NCBI RefSeq assembly: GCF_006345805.1
Contig: NW_021832597.1
Coordinates: forward strand, 1 to 64,000
Source of the DNA: Octopus sinensis
Lineage: Eukaryota
Direction of reading: 5' to 3'
Length of the DNA stretch: 64,000 bases
In this document: positions 23,121-35,902 of the stretch, in pieces
Numbering within the stretch: position 1 is the stretch's first letter
Layout of the letters: every line of letters starts with the position of its first letter
Notes under the pieces: model-generated
Told to the model about the DNA's origin: nothing
Seen by the model: only the letters and a program-made list of their open reading frames with translations
Databases searched by the model: none
Made by a program: the position numbers and the translations under genes

Positions 23121-23779
23121 AGATAGTGAAATTGTGAATCATAACATCAAAGACACGATGAATATAATGAATATTTTAGAAAATTCATTATTCAATGTAT
23201 GTCCTAAAGCACTTAGTGAATATTATGTTTTTAAAATGAACGTCTGCAAGAAATTGAGGAAAAATGTAATATAGGAGGGAAAATTAGCGATTACTTTTTT
23301 AATTGATAAATAAAATGGATTTTTTGATTTTTAAATGCTATTTTATTTAAAGAAATTAAAGAAAAAGTTAGAAACGGGGTATAAATTATAATACCCTCTG
23401 TATTTGGGGCAGTATATATTGCGGCAGGGGTTCGACTGTAATATGTTTTATTAATAAACGTTAATTTTTGCATAAAATACGAAATTTTTTAATGTTTTTC
23501 TTGTTTTTCTTTATTAGATCCTTGAGACTTCTATAAGGTTTGCTAGAAGTTTGAGGGTTTGATTTGCGGAACGTGATGAAGTCCCTTGATCAAGCCCTAG
23601 CAGATTAATATCGACTGTTTGTATCTTCAGGTAAGTTATTTTTGCTTCTTCCGAACTAAAAAGAATCTCTTATAAAATACACATTACTGTGAATTTTGGA
23701 CATCAAAGGGACTCAAAATGATTTGTCTTTCCTAGTCTATTTTCAACCACAACTCACCGAGAGTGTAATAAGTTATTAC

Positions 23780-25483
23780 TAGGGCAACCAATTGCAATTT
23801 TTTGCAATTAAATATAATTTAATTAAAATTCGATAAATAATAAAGTAATGAATAGACATTAATTTTAATTATATTTTTATTCGATTTAAATTTGCAATTT
23901 TTGCAATTTTTTGTAGTCATTTACATTTTTTGCAATTTTTTTAAATTAAAAAAAAATTTTTTTATTAAAAATAATATAATTATAAGTAAAAGATTATTAA
24001 AACGTTTTTAGTTTTTTGTTGTAAATGGGTAAAAGGACAGTGTCACAGAAAATTTCATTTTATGCAAAGAAATCCCCAGTTTGTTATTGACAGTGAAGGG
24101 AATTTATTTTGCTCCAATTGCTCAACTGTTGTAAACGGTGTGACACAAAAATTTTTTGTTGATGCGCACCGTTCTTCTCAAAAAACATTTAAAAGCACAC
24201 AGTATTTCTTGAATTTAAATTTATAGAATGGACAAATTCATCTCAGAGTTCACAACATTTCTTTCGGCGATAACGGATACTCGAAAGGATTGGGGGATCA
24301 AAGTACAACAAGCGTTTTTGGAGGCAAACATACCAATTTATAAAATCAGACATCCTTCCCTCATACGGCTTTTTGAGCAGGAAACATATCCTTTGCCATC
24401 TGAATCATCTTGCAGGTTAAATGTTAAAAATATCAAAATATAAAATTAATACCATTCAGACTCATTTACTGTTGTTTTTTTTAAGTTATTCAATAGTGGG
24501 GAATGTGTTTTTTTTTGTTTGTGATGTAGCCCATCAATGGAACTCGTTTTTTAATTACTTTGATTGGGAAAATCTCCACTCCAAAATCTTCATTTAGTAT
24601 CGTGTACCAATCTATATTATCCGCCTACTACTTCACAAATTTGTGTTGAGGTGGACAAAGTAATAAAGAAATTTTCTATTGAACGTGAAAATTTTATATT
24701 ATTCGTTACAGATGGGGCGAGATATATGACCAGTGGTATATATAATAAATTTAATTTTAGCTGGGGCATCAATGAAATTGATATACCAAAATCTTTTCCA
24801 CGTGACTTGCGTGTCACATTTATTGCACAACTGTGCTCTAAAGATTAAGGCATACTTCGCAATATGGTGATGATTGATTCGTCTATAAAGGCTGCCACAG
24901 TCAAAAACAAAGAGACGTTTGAAGGAATGGAGTTTTAATACAAATGTTTTAGTTTTTAATTATTTTAGGCAAAAACTCATTGAATAATCCTACGTTGTTC
25001 CAAGCTTAACCCAAATCAGTTCAAATTATTTGGATTAATTGAAATGATTTCAAATACTGAATTGCTTGATTACTCCATTGCAACAGCTTATGTGAATCTA
25101 AACACCCTAGACTTTACATCAGATCCATGCGACATAAAATCCTATATATAAAAAAGCTTGAGAAATCAGGAATACTAAGTATTCTTGAATCTCAAATAAG
25201 AATCTTCGCCAGAAGTTTATTCACATCTCAGAAAAATGTAGCGCAAGTTCAGCATCTATCGAAGGGCAATATCTCTTTTGACGAAAATTCTTAGTAAGAG
25301 AGGAACTTTAAACCTGAAAATGTTCAGGAATATTTGATTTCCTATTACAATAAATAATTTCGTTAATTTTTTGCATAATGTAATGTTTACAATTAAAAAA
25401 AATTATTTTTGCAATTTTTTACAATTTTTAAAATTCATTTTTGCATTTTTTTTATTAAAAAGTGCAATTTTTTGGTTGCCCTA
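23780..25483 (+). mobile_element. hAT-superfamily element (CGGBP1/DUF659-like degenerate transposase)
   Basis: TIR tagggcaacca. 8-bp TSD gttattac on the left (23772-23779), restored on the right once the MITE is removed. Coding remnants LFCSNCSTVV...HRSSQKH, FLEANIPIYKIRHP, LFVTDGARYM. Confidence 0.85.
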
Positions 25484-25486
25484 GTT

Positions 25487-25771
25487 CAGCGGTTCTCAAC
25501 CTTTTTTATACTGGGGACCACTTTTGCACTATAAATTTTGTGGGGACCACCTTAAATAAATAAACATTTTTTGGTATTAGCGCACAATTTTTTGGCCTCG
25601 TTCAGGGACCACGATTGAGAACCGCTTGATTAATTTCAATGTTTTTTATTTATACTTATTGTACAATTAGTTTTAACTTTAATAATATTTTTATTTCGAA
25701 ATTCCTGGGGACCACTAAAAAATTTCTGGGGACCACTAGTGGTCCCCGGGGACCACGGTTGAGAACCGCTG
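25487..25771. mobile_element. hAT (Charlie-like) MITE
   Basis: TIR cagcggttctcaacc / ggttgagaaccgctg with 8-bp TSD ccctagtt (25479-25486, 25772-25779). Internal ggggaccac repeats and an internal right-end copy at about 25605-25627. Confidence 0.92.
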
Positions 25772-25805
25772 CCCTAGTTATTACAACTAATAAGTTATTA
25801 GTTAA

Positions 25806-28800
25806 TTATTCATCCAAACAAATTGCGGCTACACTACAGGCAGGAGAGCAGTTTGTGGCTTTGCATAATCCATGGGAAATGACGGCCTCCCCGTGGTGAT
25901 TGGCCCAAGAATTGAAAAGACAGCTCAAGAGGACTTGGGTTGGTAAGCATTGGACTTGAGGAATACTATGGAGCATCACCTCACTGTTGATGACACTGAC
26001 CTTGGTGGCATGTAGTCTGGGTACTCCACATATTGCTCTCACCTGATGGATATTACGTGGTTAGACTTTAATGCTGTTAAAGGAGAAGGACTGGCATTGA
26101 GACGCGAATACCTCCTGTCCACTGCACTTTGATTTAGGGGAACACTGGCAGTCGATTAGGAGTGATCCCTCAGGACATTTGACATAAGAGAAGTGCCCCG
26201 TCTCCCCCTCCACCGCTGAATATGACTTGAAGTACTTCCAGAACATGACTTTGTGAGTTTCCATTTTGTCCGTATAATTAGTAATCCATACCAGGAAGTT
26301 TCACGCAGTAGACGGTCGATGTATAATTCTCCGTCATTAAGTGTTGGAAAGCATATTTCAACGAGTCGACTTTGCACTCTTTATTCGAAATATACGGCAG
26401 AGATGTTGTTTTGCTGTACATTCTGACTTTGGGGGTAACCTGAATGTGGTGGAACAGGAGACTGTAGTGTAATCTGGGGGACATGCTGGGAAATGAACGA
26501 CGGGACTATTATTCTGAATACTCAGTATTTTGGTCAGGTTTTTCAATACTCCATTCTCTTCCATGTAATCATGCTGACAGAGAGCAAATAACATGGAGGG
26601 ATTCCAGTCAGTGGATTGGGCAATGCAAGAATCACCAGTCTTGCTTATTTTTATGTTCGATTTCGTCAGCCGCCGATTTGTTTTGTGAATGTTAATATTC
26701 GTGTCCGACGTGTACAAAAAACATTTTTTGAGCGAATAAAAGTCCGGACAACTCACTTTCGAAGGGTGGGGAAAGTCAGACTCGAATGTGATCCCTGCCT
26801 TCCTCGTGTGGTGACAATCCGCGATAGCCTATATAGTTGAGTCAGAATACCTGCAGAGTCTCAGTTCTCACAGCTGAGTGGACATGGCAACTGTTTTCCG
26901 TGATGAACGAGTGATTGGTCGAACTGTCGTGGTTCATGCAACCAGAAATTTGATGATTGGGAGGGCACGTGGCAACAACTTTGGTCGGCGGCTCATATTC
27001 TATATGAAATGCAACTTGGCTGAACGATCTGACCAGTCTCGACTCTGTGGTGATAATGAATATATTACTTTTACACACTGCAACTATTTCGTGTCTTCCA
27101 CTACCAAAACAGTAATTTCTAAGCACAACGGGGAGTTGTTTCCTGCCACTGCTTACCAAATTTTTACGTGTTTGATAAAAAACAGGTGTAGAGATACTCG
27201 TCCTTCCCGCAATGGGAAAATCGACGATTTCCATCACGCAAACTTGTTCGTAAAACATATTTCGTTTCCTCATCATTTTCTTTGCAGATTATAAATAACT
27301 GTTAAAATAATTCATCTTATGTTAACCTTGTTTATTTTGTTGGCAGACTTGCACTTGTTTTCTTGATATATAAACCCGTCCCGAGAAAAGCAAGAAACGA
27401 TTATTCCTTGATTAGGACACCCAGTAAAATCTGACTATTCGAATTCAATGAATATACTGTCTGATTGTATTTTTATAATCCCTTTGGGTTTGCAATTAAA
27501 CCCTGCATTCGACTGTTTGTACATTTGCAACAAATCAGTCCAAGCGAGATTGCGTTTGTAAGTCACAACACACCTCCCATTTATGATTTTTGCATTTAAA
27601 CATGTTTCGGGATCTTGGCATACACAGAGCGACGCTTTGTACTGCGGGGGGCATGTTTTAGTCAACATTTTGTTTCCGTATTGAAGGATAGTTGACCATT
27701 GGTTCATGACTTTGGATGGCTGTTTTAAGTATTCGGATTTTGTACAAATAAGTTTAAACTAATACTCGATCTAACAAACCATACCATCAGTACATTACGA
27801 ATTTGATAAAAGCAGGAATTATTTTTGATCAGAGGTGGTGGAAACTTGAAAAGGTTTTCTTTTCCTAGATAACATTGTTCTATTTTGTAGCCATCGGGAC
27901 AACGGGCTACATCATTTCCGTAATTGGTTAATTCCAATTTAAAGACCCCTAAACAATGTGCAACTTTTGCTAACTTTTACAGACAAGAATAACCCTTGTT
28001 GGCATAAACGAGTAGCATTTGTTGTCCTTTGCATACACAAATGTCGATATTGAACTAAGTGATACTCTCGAATGACTCACCCATTTGCTAATAGGCAGGC
28101 CATTAGAATTTCGTCCGCAGGGCAAACGCCTATGTACTCGTTCTCGTGTAGGAATGTGGTCTGACGATGGTAAAAAATCTCAGAGTTACGAGATTTTTCA
28201 CATGTAACTAAAACCTTCAGACCTTATATAAAATCCCGAACAGAATTGTCAGAACGGCAAAATCTCCCATCGAAATTAGAATACCCCCCAAATCCGAAGC
28301 AGCCCGTCAGCATTGTTCCAGACGGGCATTCTTTGATCCCAGGGCTGACTAGTCTTGTCAGTTTGGGAACTATGTTTATTCGGTACACCATACGAATGGA
28401 CAGAGAGTATATTCTGGAAAAGATTTTCCGCGTTTTTCTGCAGTTTTTACCAAGAATATTCAAAACATGCTTCAACGAAGGAGTTACTACTCTCCTATTT
28501 GAATAACTTTTAAAAATGCCTTTTCACAAAGCATTCTGTTTTATAAATCGAATTGTACGGTTCTAGAAGATATTTTGAATCAACCTCACTGTGCTTGACA
28601 CAAAAGACCGTCATCTATCAATAAAAGTATTCAATTACCCCGACGGGCTTACTCGATATGAATTTACAACCAAGGTAGTTATATTTGATGAATGAACACA
28701 TGTCATCAGCACAACTGCAGGCCGTGACTATATATCCTTTCGGGCAAAACAACTCAAGTTGGGTGGAAATTTTACTAATTTGTTTTTCGATATATTCTAT

Positions 28801-29337
28801 CGGTTATGATTTATTCCCAACCAATGCATGTTAATTGAAGACTATAATTTTTATATTGTAACGTGCCGCTAAAACATCCAGTCTGAGTTTGATAAAAAAT
28901 ATTATCTATGTATCTAAAATACTTTTCAAATATATACTCGTAGCTGATTATTCTGCAATCGCTCAAATTGTGTGTCACGGGGCATTCTATATATTTTGAT
29001 TTTGTTTTATTAAAAGAAACTGTAAGTACTCTGGTTGAATATTTTGCCAAGGGGACACATGTCACCACAGACTAGAATTGATGGAGACCAGCACACCTGA
29101 ACATATCTGTCATCCGACTTTCCAATTGCATTGCAGATAATGTCTTGGGTAAATGACCCATGGCCTGACCCCTGATACTGGCACTTGGCTATAATCTTGT
29201 TCAGAGGACACTGCACTGATGAAATGGCATTTCTTCCTTTAATTTGGGGACCCAAAACAATTTGTGCTCCTTGATCTAATTAATAGTAATGTGATATTCC
29301 GACACTGCATTGTCAGAGAGAACAGAGTTAAAAGCAT
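25806..29337 (-). CDS. Predicted secreted Cys-rich protein with about 13 resistin/PCSK9-C-terminal-like modules; many tiny introns
   Basis: Signal-like MLLTLFSLTMQ. Repeated C-x8-C cores: CPLNKIIAKC, CPVTHNLSDC, CPKGYIVTAC, CPSGTMLTGC, CPADEILMAC, CPDGYKIEQC, CPPQYKASLC, CPNQGIIVSC, CPPNHQISGC, CPDFYSLKKC, CPPDYTTVSC, CPEGSLLIDC, CLPTQVLLSC. Ends AAICLDE*. Confidence 0.7.
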
Positions 29338-29371
29338 TTTAGATTGGCACGATTTTGCATTATAACTAATT

Positions 29372-31165
29372 CACTTGGCCTTAGGTATTAATATTAAAAA
29401 CTTCCCCTCTCCAGAAATCACAATATCGATTTCTGAAATAAGCCAACTCATCAAAAAGCTAAGAATTCTCACGCTTGTGGACCCCGACGGTCTTTGCATA
29501 TACCATCTGAAAAATCTTGGCCAAAATGGGTTGATTGCACTATCGGATATATTCAAAACATCGCTAAACTCAGGTCTAATACATATGGTCTGGAAAAAAT
29601 ATATTATAATTCCAATTTTGAAGCCCAATAAGGACCCCTGCGACCCCGCCTCGTTCAGGCCAATCTCACTTATCTCTGTCATATCAAAAATCCTAGAAAA
29701 ATTTGTCCTGAAATCAATTTACCCCTTCCTCACTCTCTCAAAGTCACAACATGGTTTCCGACCACAGCACTCAACAACAACACATCTATCTACCCTAACG
29801 AGACTCATTGCAGACGGATTTAACAACTACTCTCCTCCCCAACGAACAATTCTGGCATCGATTGATATCAGCAAAGCGTTTGACCGGACTTCGCGTCATG
29901 TCCTAAGCTCAAAAATCTGCTCTTCTATCCCTCATCGTCTGAAAATATGGCTGTGTAGTTTCTTATCTGGTAGACTGGCTCAGACCAAATTCGGGTCAAA
30001 AAACTCCCGGTTTCGCTACTTACCTAATGGAGTACCTCAAGGCTCCTGTCTTTCTCCAGCCCTTTTCAACCTATACCTCAGTGATATGCCAACTAACTCA
30101 GAAACACTACTCCTCTCCTACGCTGACGATCTTGTGTTTGCTTCCCGACACAAGATCATTAACACAGCGACTAGCTCACTCCAAGCTCAACTTGACTTCC
30201 TAACCAAATGGCTAACATCTAACCATATGACTCCTTCGGCATCCAAATCATCTATCACTGTTTTTACCTCTGATAAACGACAATTCAACTTAAACCCAGC
30301 CCTCTATGTGGCCGGTGAAAGAATTCCTGTTGTAAAAAACCCAAAAATCCTTGGTATCGTATTCGATTAATGCCTTTCTTTTACGAAACATGTAAAGTTC
30401 ATTTCCACCAAAGTCAAACGCAAGCTGAACGCATTATGTGCCTTATAAGGACAATCTTATGGCCAAGCCAAAGAATGCCTCGCCCTGGTCTACAGACAAT
30501 TTGTCAGATTATCGATGAACTATGGTCATGGAACCTTTCTCTATCAAATCTCCAAAAACTACAAAGAATCCAAAACTCAGGCCTCCGGACAATAACTGGC
30601 TGTCTAGCCTCCACTCCCATCGATCATCTTCATTGGGAATCTTGCATCTTTCCGTTCGAAGACCATTTGGAGATGAGAGGACTTCAATTCCTCTACGAAA
30701 TACAAGAAATATCTCATCCATGCCACAAAATCTCTATCTCAGAAAACAAAAGACATATTATCACTACTCTAGCCGATCAATGCAGACCTCTCTCAAAAAT
30801 ACTCTTAACGAACAATGGGAAAACTGGGAAGAAATTAATTCACGATTACATCTCAACTCGTGCTATCAGGATGCTTAAAAATAACAATTCCTTGATTCTC
30901 CTCCGCCACCAGTCCATCCTTCAGAGCAATCACTCGACAGGTACTTCCGTGTCCAGCTTGCACGACTTGGCTCGGGACATCATCCACTCTTTTTCGAAAC
31001 ACTCCGCACCCTCGCCCCTGAAGACCTTTTTTCCTGTCCTGGACCGCCTCACCAGTCGCCACCTATTGGGATTCGGGATCTCTGGGAGCGCCCGATCGCC
31101 GCTGTCCGCTACCTGATTGCAGCCGGCTTCCTACATGCTAGAGAAGCCGGGGTAACTAACTAACT
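29372..31165 (+). mobile_element. 5'-truncated Jockey/I-like LINE (RT plus C-terminus)
   Basis: FRPISLISVISKILEK, QHGFRPQHST, IDISKAFD, GVPQGSCLSPALFN, SYADD, KILGIVFD. (taac)n tail at 31153-31165. Confidence 0.92.
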
Positions 31166-31197
31166 ATTAAGAAGGGAGAATAAGCCAAAAGTAAAAA

Positions 31198-31815
31198 TCA
31201 GTCTTCTTCTTGGTCGACAGCCATTTTCCTCCTGCGGGCCCTTCCTATGAATGAGGGAGGGTGGAGGACCAATTTTGGAGGAGTTGGTATTGAAGGAGGA
31301 ATTCTCAGCGAAAGTGATGAGTGGCTCGGAAGTGAGTCTGACCATGTAGGAAGGGGAGTTGACAATCTGTGAACCAATTCTACAGTAAGAGTGTGCACTC
31401 ACTGAATGTGTCTCTGCCTGATCAGAGTCCTGGCCATGTGCATCGACTTGGCGAGAGACAGTTGATTGCATATCACTGACTGCAGTCGTCTATTCAGCAG
31501 GTCACTCAACTGCAGGGACAGCACGTAGTCCAACTTGAGCTTATCCAACGGCAGCAGTCCCAACAAGTGCAGACGCCGCAGCAGGGCGTTTCCCTGGAAC
31601 AGTCTCTTCGGGTCATTCTCTTCCAATGTAAGCAGGTCACGCGCCACCGTCCGGATCTTTGCCAACGTGAATTTGACTCGCCACAGTTCACGCTTATTCC
31701 GCAGACCAAACTCGCCCACCAATTTCATCTCGTCGTCCAAACGTGTCTTTTCGTACGGACGTCGGGGGGTTGTGTACGTCTTTCTGTAATTCCTCGGAAT
31801 TCGACGGTTCACCAT
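31198..31815 (-). CDS. RPS9: 40S ribosomal protein S9, two introns (23 and 25 nt)
   Basis: [12 protein letters not shown]...[19 protein letters not shown]...GNALLRRL, spliced to [15 protein letters not shown] and [15 protein letters not shown]. Confidence 0.97.
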
Positions 31816-32008
31816 TCACTACTCTTTTAACCAAACAACACCCACAAAACAACAATTCAATGTCACGCTTTTTCAATTAATTAACTCTATTCTAATATTT
31901 AAGTATAATTTATATAATTAAATTATGTTTTCAGAGGTACTTTATGTCTCTAAAATATGGTTAATATAAATTGGGTCTGTTGTTGTAGTTGGCATAATTT
32001 ACTGTCTA

Positions 32009-32933
32009 TACCATTTTCAGTTCAAGTTTGACAATTTTTATATCAATCTTGACATTTTTATGTTAATTTTGACTTTTGCCGATTTGTCAATTATTTTATA
32101 TTTTCTGATTCGCTGTTCCTGTATGAATTTTATATCAAGAAAAAATTCAAGAGTATCAGAAGCTACAGGAAGAGCACTTATAAATAAGGATGAAGAGGGT
32201 GGCGATTATATACAGCTTGCTCGCAATCTTGGTGTCAAGAGGACAACAGCTATAGCCATTGTAAAAAGTGGAAATCCGTATTTTTGTAAACGTGGAGGTA
32301 GAAGGGATGCTACGATTAAACCTACGGATGAGGATATGAATTTGATAATTGAGAATAATCCATCGATAAGGAATTGCAAAAATTGGTAAATAATAAAGTT
32401 TGTATTGCGACACTATACCGACTTGATGGCGGTTGATTACCTACAAAATGCTGCGAAGAAAACCAATTTCCAGGAATAGTCCGGAAAATATAGAAAAAAG
32501 AAAAATATTTTCATTGGATTATAAACGTAATACAAATAGAAAAATACATTTGGACGAAACAAATTTTAATCTCTTTACATAAAAAAATTTGGCCGATTGT
32601 ATACACGTGCGATAGTTCCAGTAAGGGCAAGCAAAGTTATATTGGCAATTGATGACAACCCTGACGGAATTTCGAGCACTATTGTTAAAAAATGCGTTAG
32701 AATATTCTATGACAAATCTAACTCGGGCGAAAATACGGAATTTTTACAGAAATGCAGAAAAAATCATTGCAAATTGTACGATTGGGATTCCATTAACCTA
32801 ACCTGATTAATAAAATTGTCTTTATTAACTCTCATTTTGATTTAGCCGAGTAGAAAAAGTCCTTGTGTGTGTCCATTATAAAAATATTTGTTAAAATTGA
32901 TCTAAAAATGTCAAACTTGAACTGAAAATGGTA
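32009..32933 (+). mobile_element. Degenerate IS630/Tc1-like element
   Basis: TIR taccattttcagttcaagtttgaca with TA flanks. HTH remnant (YIQLARNLGVKRTTAIAIV...KRGGRR) and DETNFNLF. Confidence 0.75.
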
Positions 32934-33312
32934 TAGATATAACTAAGAGGGTCTGTTAATTGGGCAGATTAAGTTTTTTTCCCATGTGCAAATTAAGTTT
33001 TTTTCTTTCTCGAGGGGATTTTCAAGCGAGTTTTTTCCAGATCAACACATCCGCTGGATGGATTTTGACTAATGGTTCTTTTTGGATACAAAATTAAGAT
33101 TGTATCTGACGCCACCAGAAACGGTGAACCACATGACGCACGCTAATTCCTATTCTTTGTGAAGTTGATGTGTAACTCTGCTTGTCCAATAACTTTTATT
33201 AATTGTGAAATATATAGTAGAGTGTAAAGGAGTGATTAATATTATAAAAGATGTAAAAAAGAGTAAAGTAAAAGAAAGAATAATAGAGAGAGGAAATACA
33301 TATCGGATTAGA

Positions 33313-35104
33313 ATGACGGTAAGTGGAGAGGAGTGAATGTTAGGAAAGACGAATCCGGAATGTGTTGAAAGACATGGATAGTGTGGAGAAAGTAATGGGA
33401 GGGGAGTTTGAAAGCTCGACGGGGCTGGCAAGTCAGTTAAAGTGAGTAGAACAAAGATTAATTATGCAAATGATTGAATATTCGAATAGGTCATACACGA
33501 GCGCGTGTTTTGTAATCTACAAGGACTTCATAAGGGTAGTGTGTGAGTGTGATTGAAGAGTGTGGCCGAGCAGACAATCAAGTTTTCGAAGAAAGTGGAA
33601 GAGGAGGAGCAGGAAGGGTGGAGTGTGTGAGAGAGTGGCAGATTCATGACCCGTTTGTGTAAAATGTATATCAACTCGTGGACGGATATTATTGCCAACA
33701 TGCAAAAGGAGAGCGAGGCACAGGCGCAGGTGAGGGAAGACCTGAAGGCGTTGATCAGGGCCAATGCGGAGAAGCGAAAGGAGGTGGTGGTCTGCCCACA
33801 GTCGTAGATCGGGGCGAGTGTGCTGGCCGATCACAGGGAACTGGAGGTGGCCATGAAGCACGTCTTTGCAAACGAGAAGCACTACAATTGTGTGCTCAAG
33901 AAAAACCAGGCAAAAGTGACAAAAATGGAAAAGTATTAATAATGCAATATATTGAAATACAGTGGAGGGAACCCTCACAGTCGGACGGAAGGCCAGGCAG
34001 CAACTGAAGGTGAGGGGATTCAGTGCCACAGTAGAGAGTGAAAGAGGCCTGCGAGTCTCAGAAAATGGTGGCCATGGCCAAGAACGAGTACTTGTGCAAC
34101 CTGTCGGCACTCAACACTCATTTGGGGCTGTACAACTCGAACCTGACAGAGGTGTTCAGGGTGTGCTGTCCCACTCACTGTAGTGCTTGTACATCGAGGA
34201 CGCACAGATCGCCCACAAAATGTTGGAACATGCCCTCCACATCAAAAACAGTGTCGAGACCATCCAATCATTTCTCTTCACATTAACCAACAAAGTGGAG
34301 AATGTTGTCCCCCCTCTCATTTGTAGTTGAGTCCCGCCTCCATGGCCTCCATCTTCACCAGCAAGTATACCACTCTCGACTTGGCCCCCTTCCCCTTCGT
34401 CGCCCCCGACTCACAGGTCCCCCACTCTCCCCACCCAGACTGACCAACTCGACAAACACGAAGGCACCGACACTGCATTCAAGGAACTCACCGACCGGTG
34501 GAGCTGCGTCCTCTCCCAAAGCAACGGCAAAGTCTACCAACTGGAGACCATGCAGGCCAACCTCATCGACACTGTACTCCCCCTCATCGACACAGCCCTC
34601 CAATTCCAACATGACCACCTCCATGCTCATCCTCCTCCTCAAGGCCAAGGTCCCTCCCTCTCTCATTCCAGACGAGGAAGCTCATCTCTCAGAACGTCCT
34701 CGACTTGCTCGGCACCGACGCCCGTCCCGCCACCATCAATGTCGACAAAAACTACTTGGAGGAAGATTTCTGCGACATTTACGCGTCCGCCACCGACGAG
34801 GGGGTAATTTGGGAATCCACATTCTAGGGCTTCCATGACGAAAGTTCAGTCTCCACTTTGCAGACCGACGGCGATAAGAAGGCCAAGGTCGTCTACACTT
34901 ACGAGGTTGTCTCCTCCCCTCACTCCAAGGCCGTGGGCAGCAGCGACATTTCCGTGACCCAGGACGAGGTGGTCATGTTGTTGGGGGACTACCAGGAGAC
35001 TGATTGGTGTTACGTAATATACCACACTCTACTCACAGGTCATGAAACTCGACTCGGAGTCGGCGGGGTACGTTCCCGGGAGTTATATACAACCCACTGA
35101 TTAA
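33313..35104 (+). CDS. F-BAR plus SH3 protein, FCHSD/Nervous wreck-like (one SH3 only)
   Basis: Coiled-coil F-BAR with AKNEYLCNLSALNTH. SH3 KVVYTYE...DEVVMLLGD...DWCYV...GYVPGSYIQ before TAA at 35102-35104. Confidence 0.75.
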
Positions 35105-35152
35105 TATTTAACACTTAATTATAAGGCGGCTAACATATACACACTCCTTTAG

Positions 35153-35902
35153 ATGTCTCCTCACTCATTCAAATATCCACCCACTAACCAACCCACTCCA
35201 CACTGTCTTCTTCGAAATACCCCGCGGATTCATTGCCACACGACTCTAAAAGTATTCCCCCGGCTACCACGAGGCTGACTTTTACCTAAATATTCTCCAC
35301 TCCCCCCACCAGTACTTCACCAAATTGTCCTCCTTTTCCCCCAAATTCTACGGCCTGACAAAGAAGGAGGTAAAGTTCATTTACTTGGAAAATATATTCC
35401 ACAACTTCGCCAAACCCACGTCCGCCGACATCAAAATTGGGTTCCTCAAAAAAGAAAAGTACTCGGCTGCCGACAAAGTAATGTTTCAAATAAGTGGAAT
35501 GAAAGTAATCGAGGAAGAGCACTTTTAGGTCCACCAACCGGACGGGTCGTGTCACACCCTCTACAAGTCGGACGGACGCCAACTGAACGAGCACACTATC
35601 AGGGACGGTGAGGGGTCTTTGTCATTTCAGAATTGCAAACGTTTTTATTGCAAGACCACAAGTTGGGGGACGGGAGGAGGCGGAGAATATTGGCCGAGAA
35701 ATGCTCACTCTTTTGAAGGCCCAGTCAGCCTGTTTCGAGTTGGGTGATAATCGCCTACGAGAACGTGTCCAATTGGAGTGAGGGACAGGTGGCTGTCCAC
35801 ATCATTGACTTTTCTTACGCTTCCCCCGCCCAGTCGAGGGACATTTATTCCGGGTTGGCTAATTTAATTAATTTCATTTCGAAATTATTAGATTTGATCT
35901 AA
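35153..35902 (+). CDS. Inositol polyphosphate kinase (IPK superfamily: IPMK/IP6K-like)
   Basis: EADFY, PKFYG...IYLENI, signature PTSADIKIG (PxxxDxKxG), SSWV (for SSLL), IIDFSY (for MIDFAH), GLANLI. One probable homopolymer frameshift near 35262. Confidence 0.8.
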
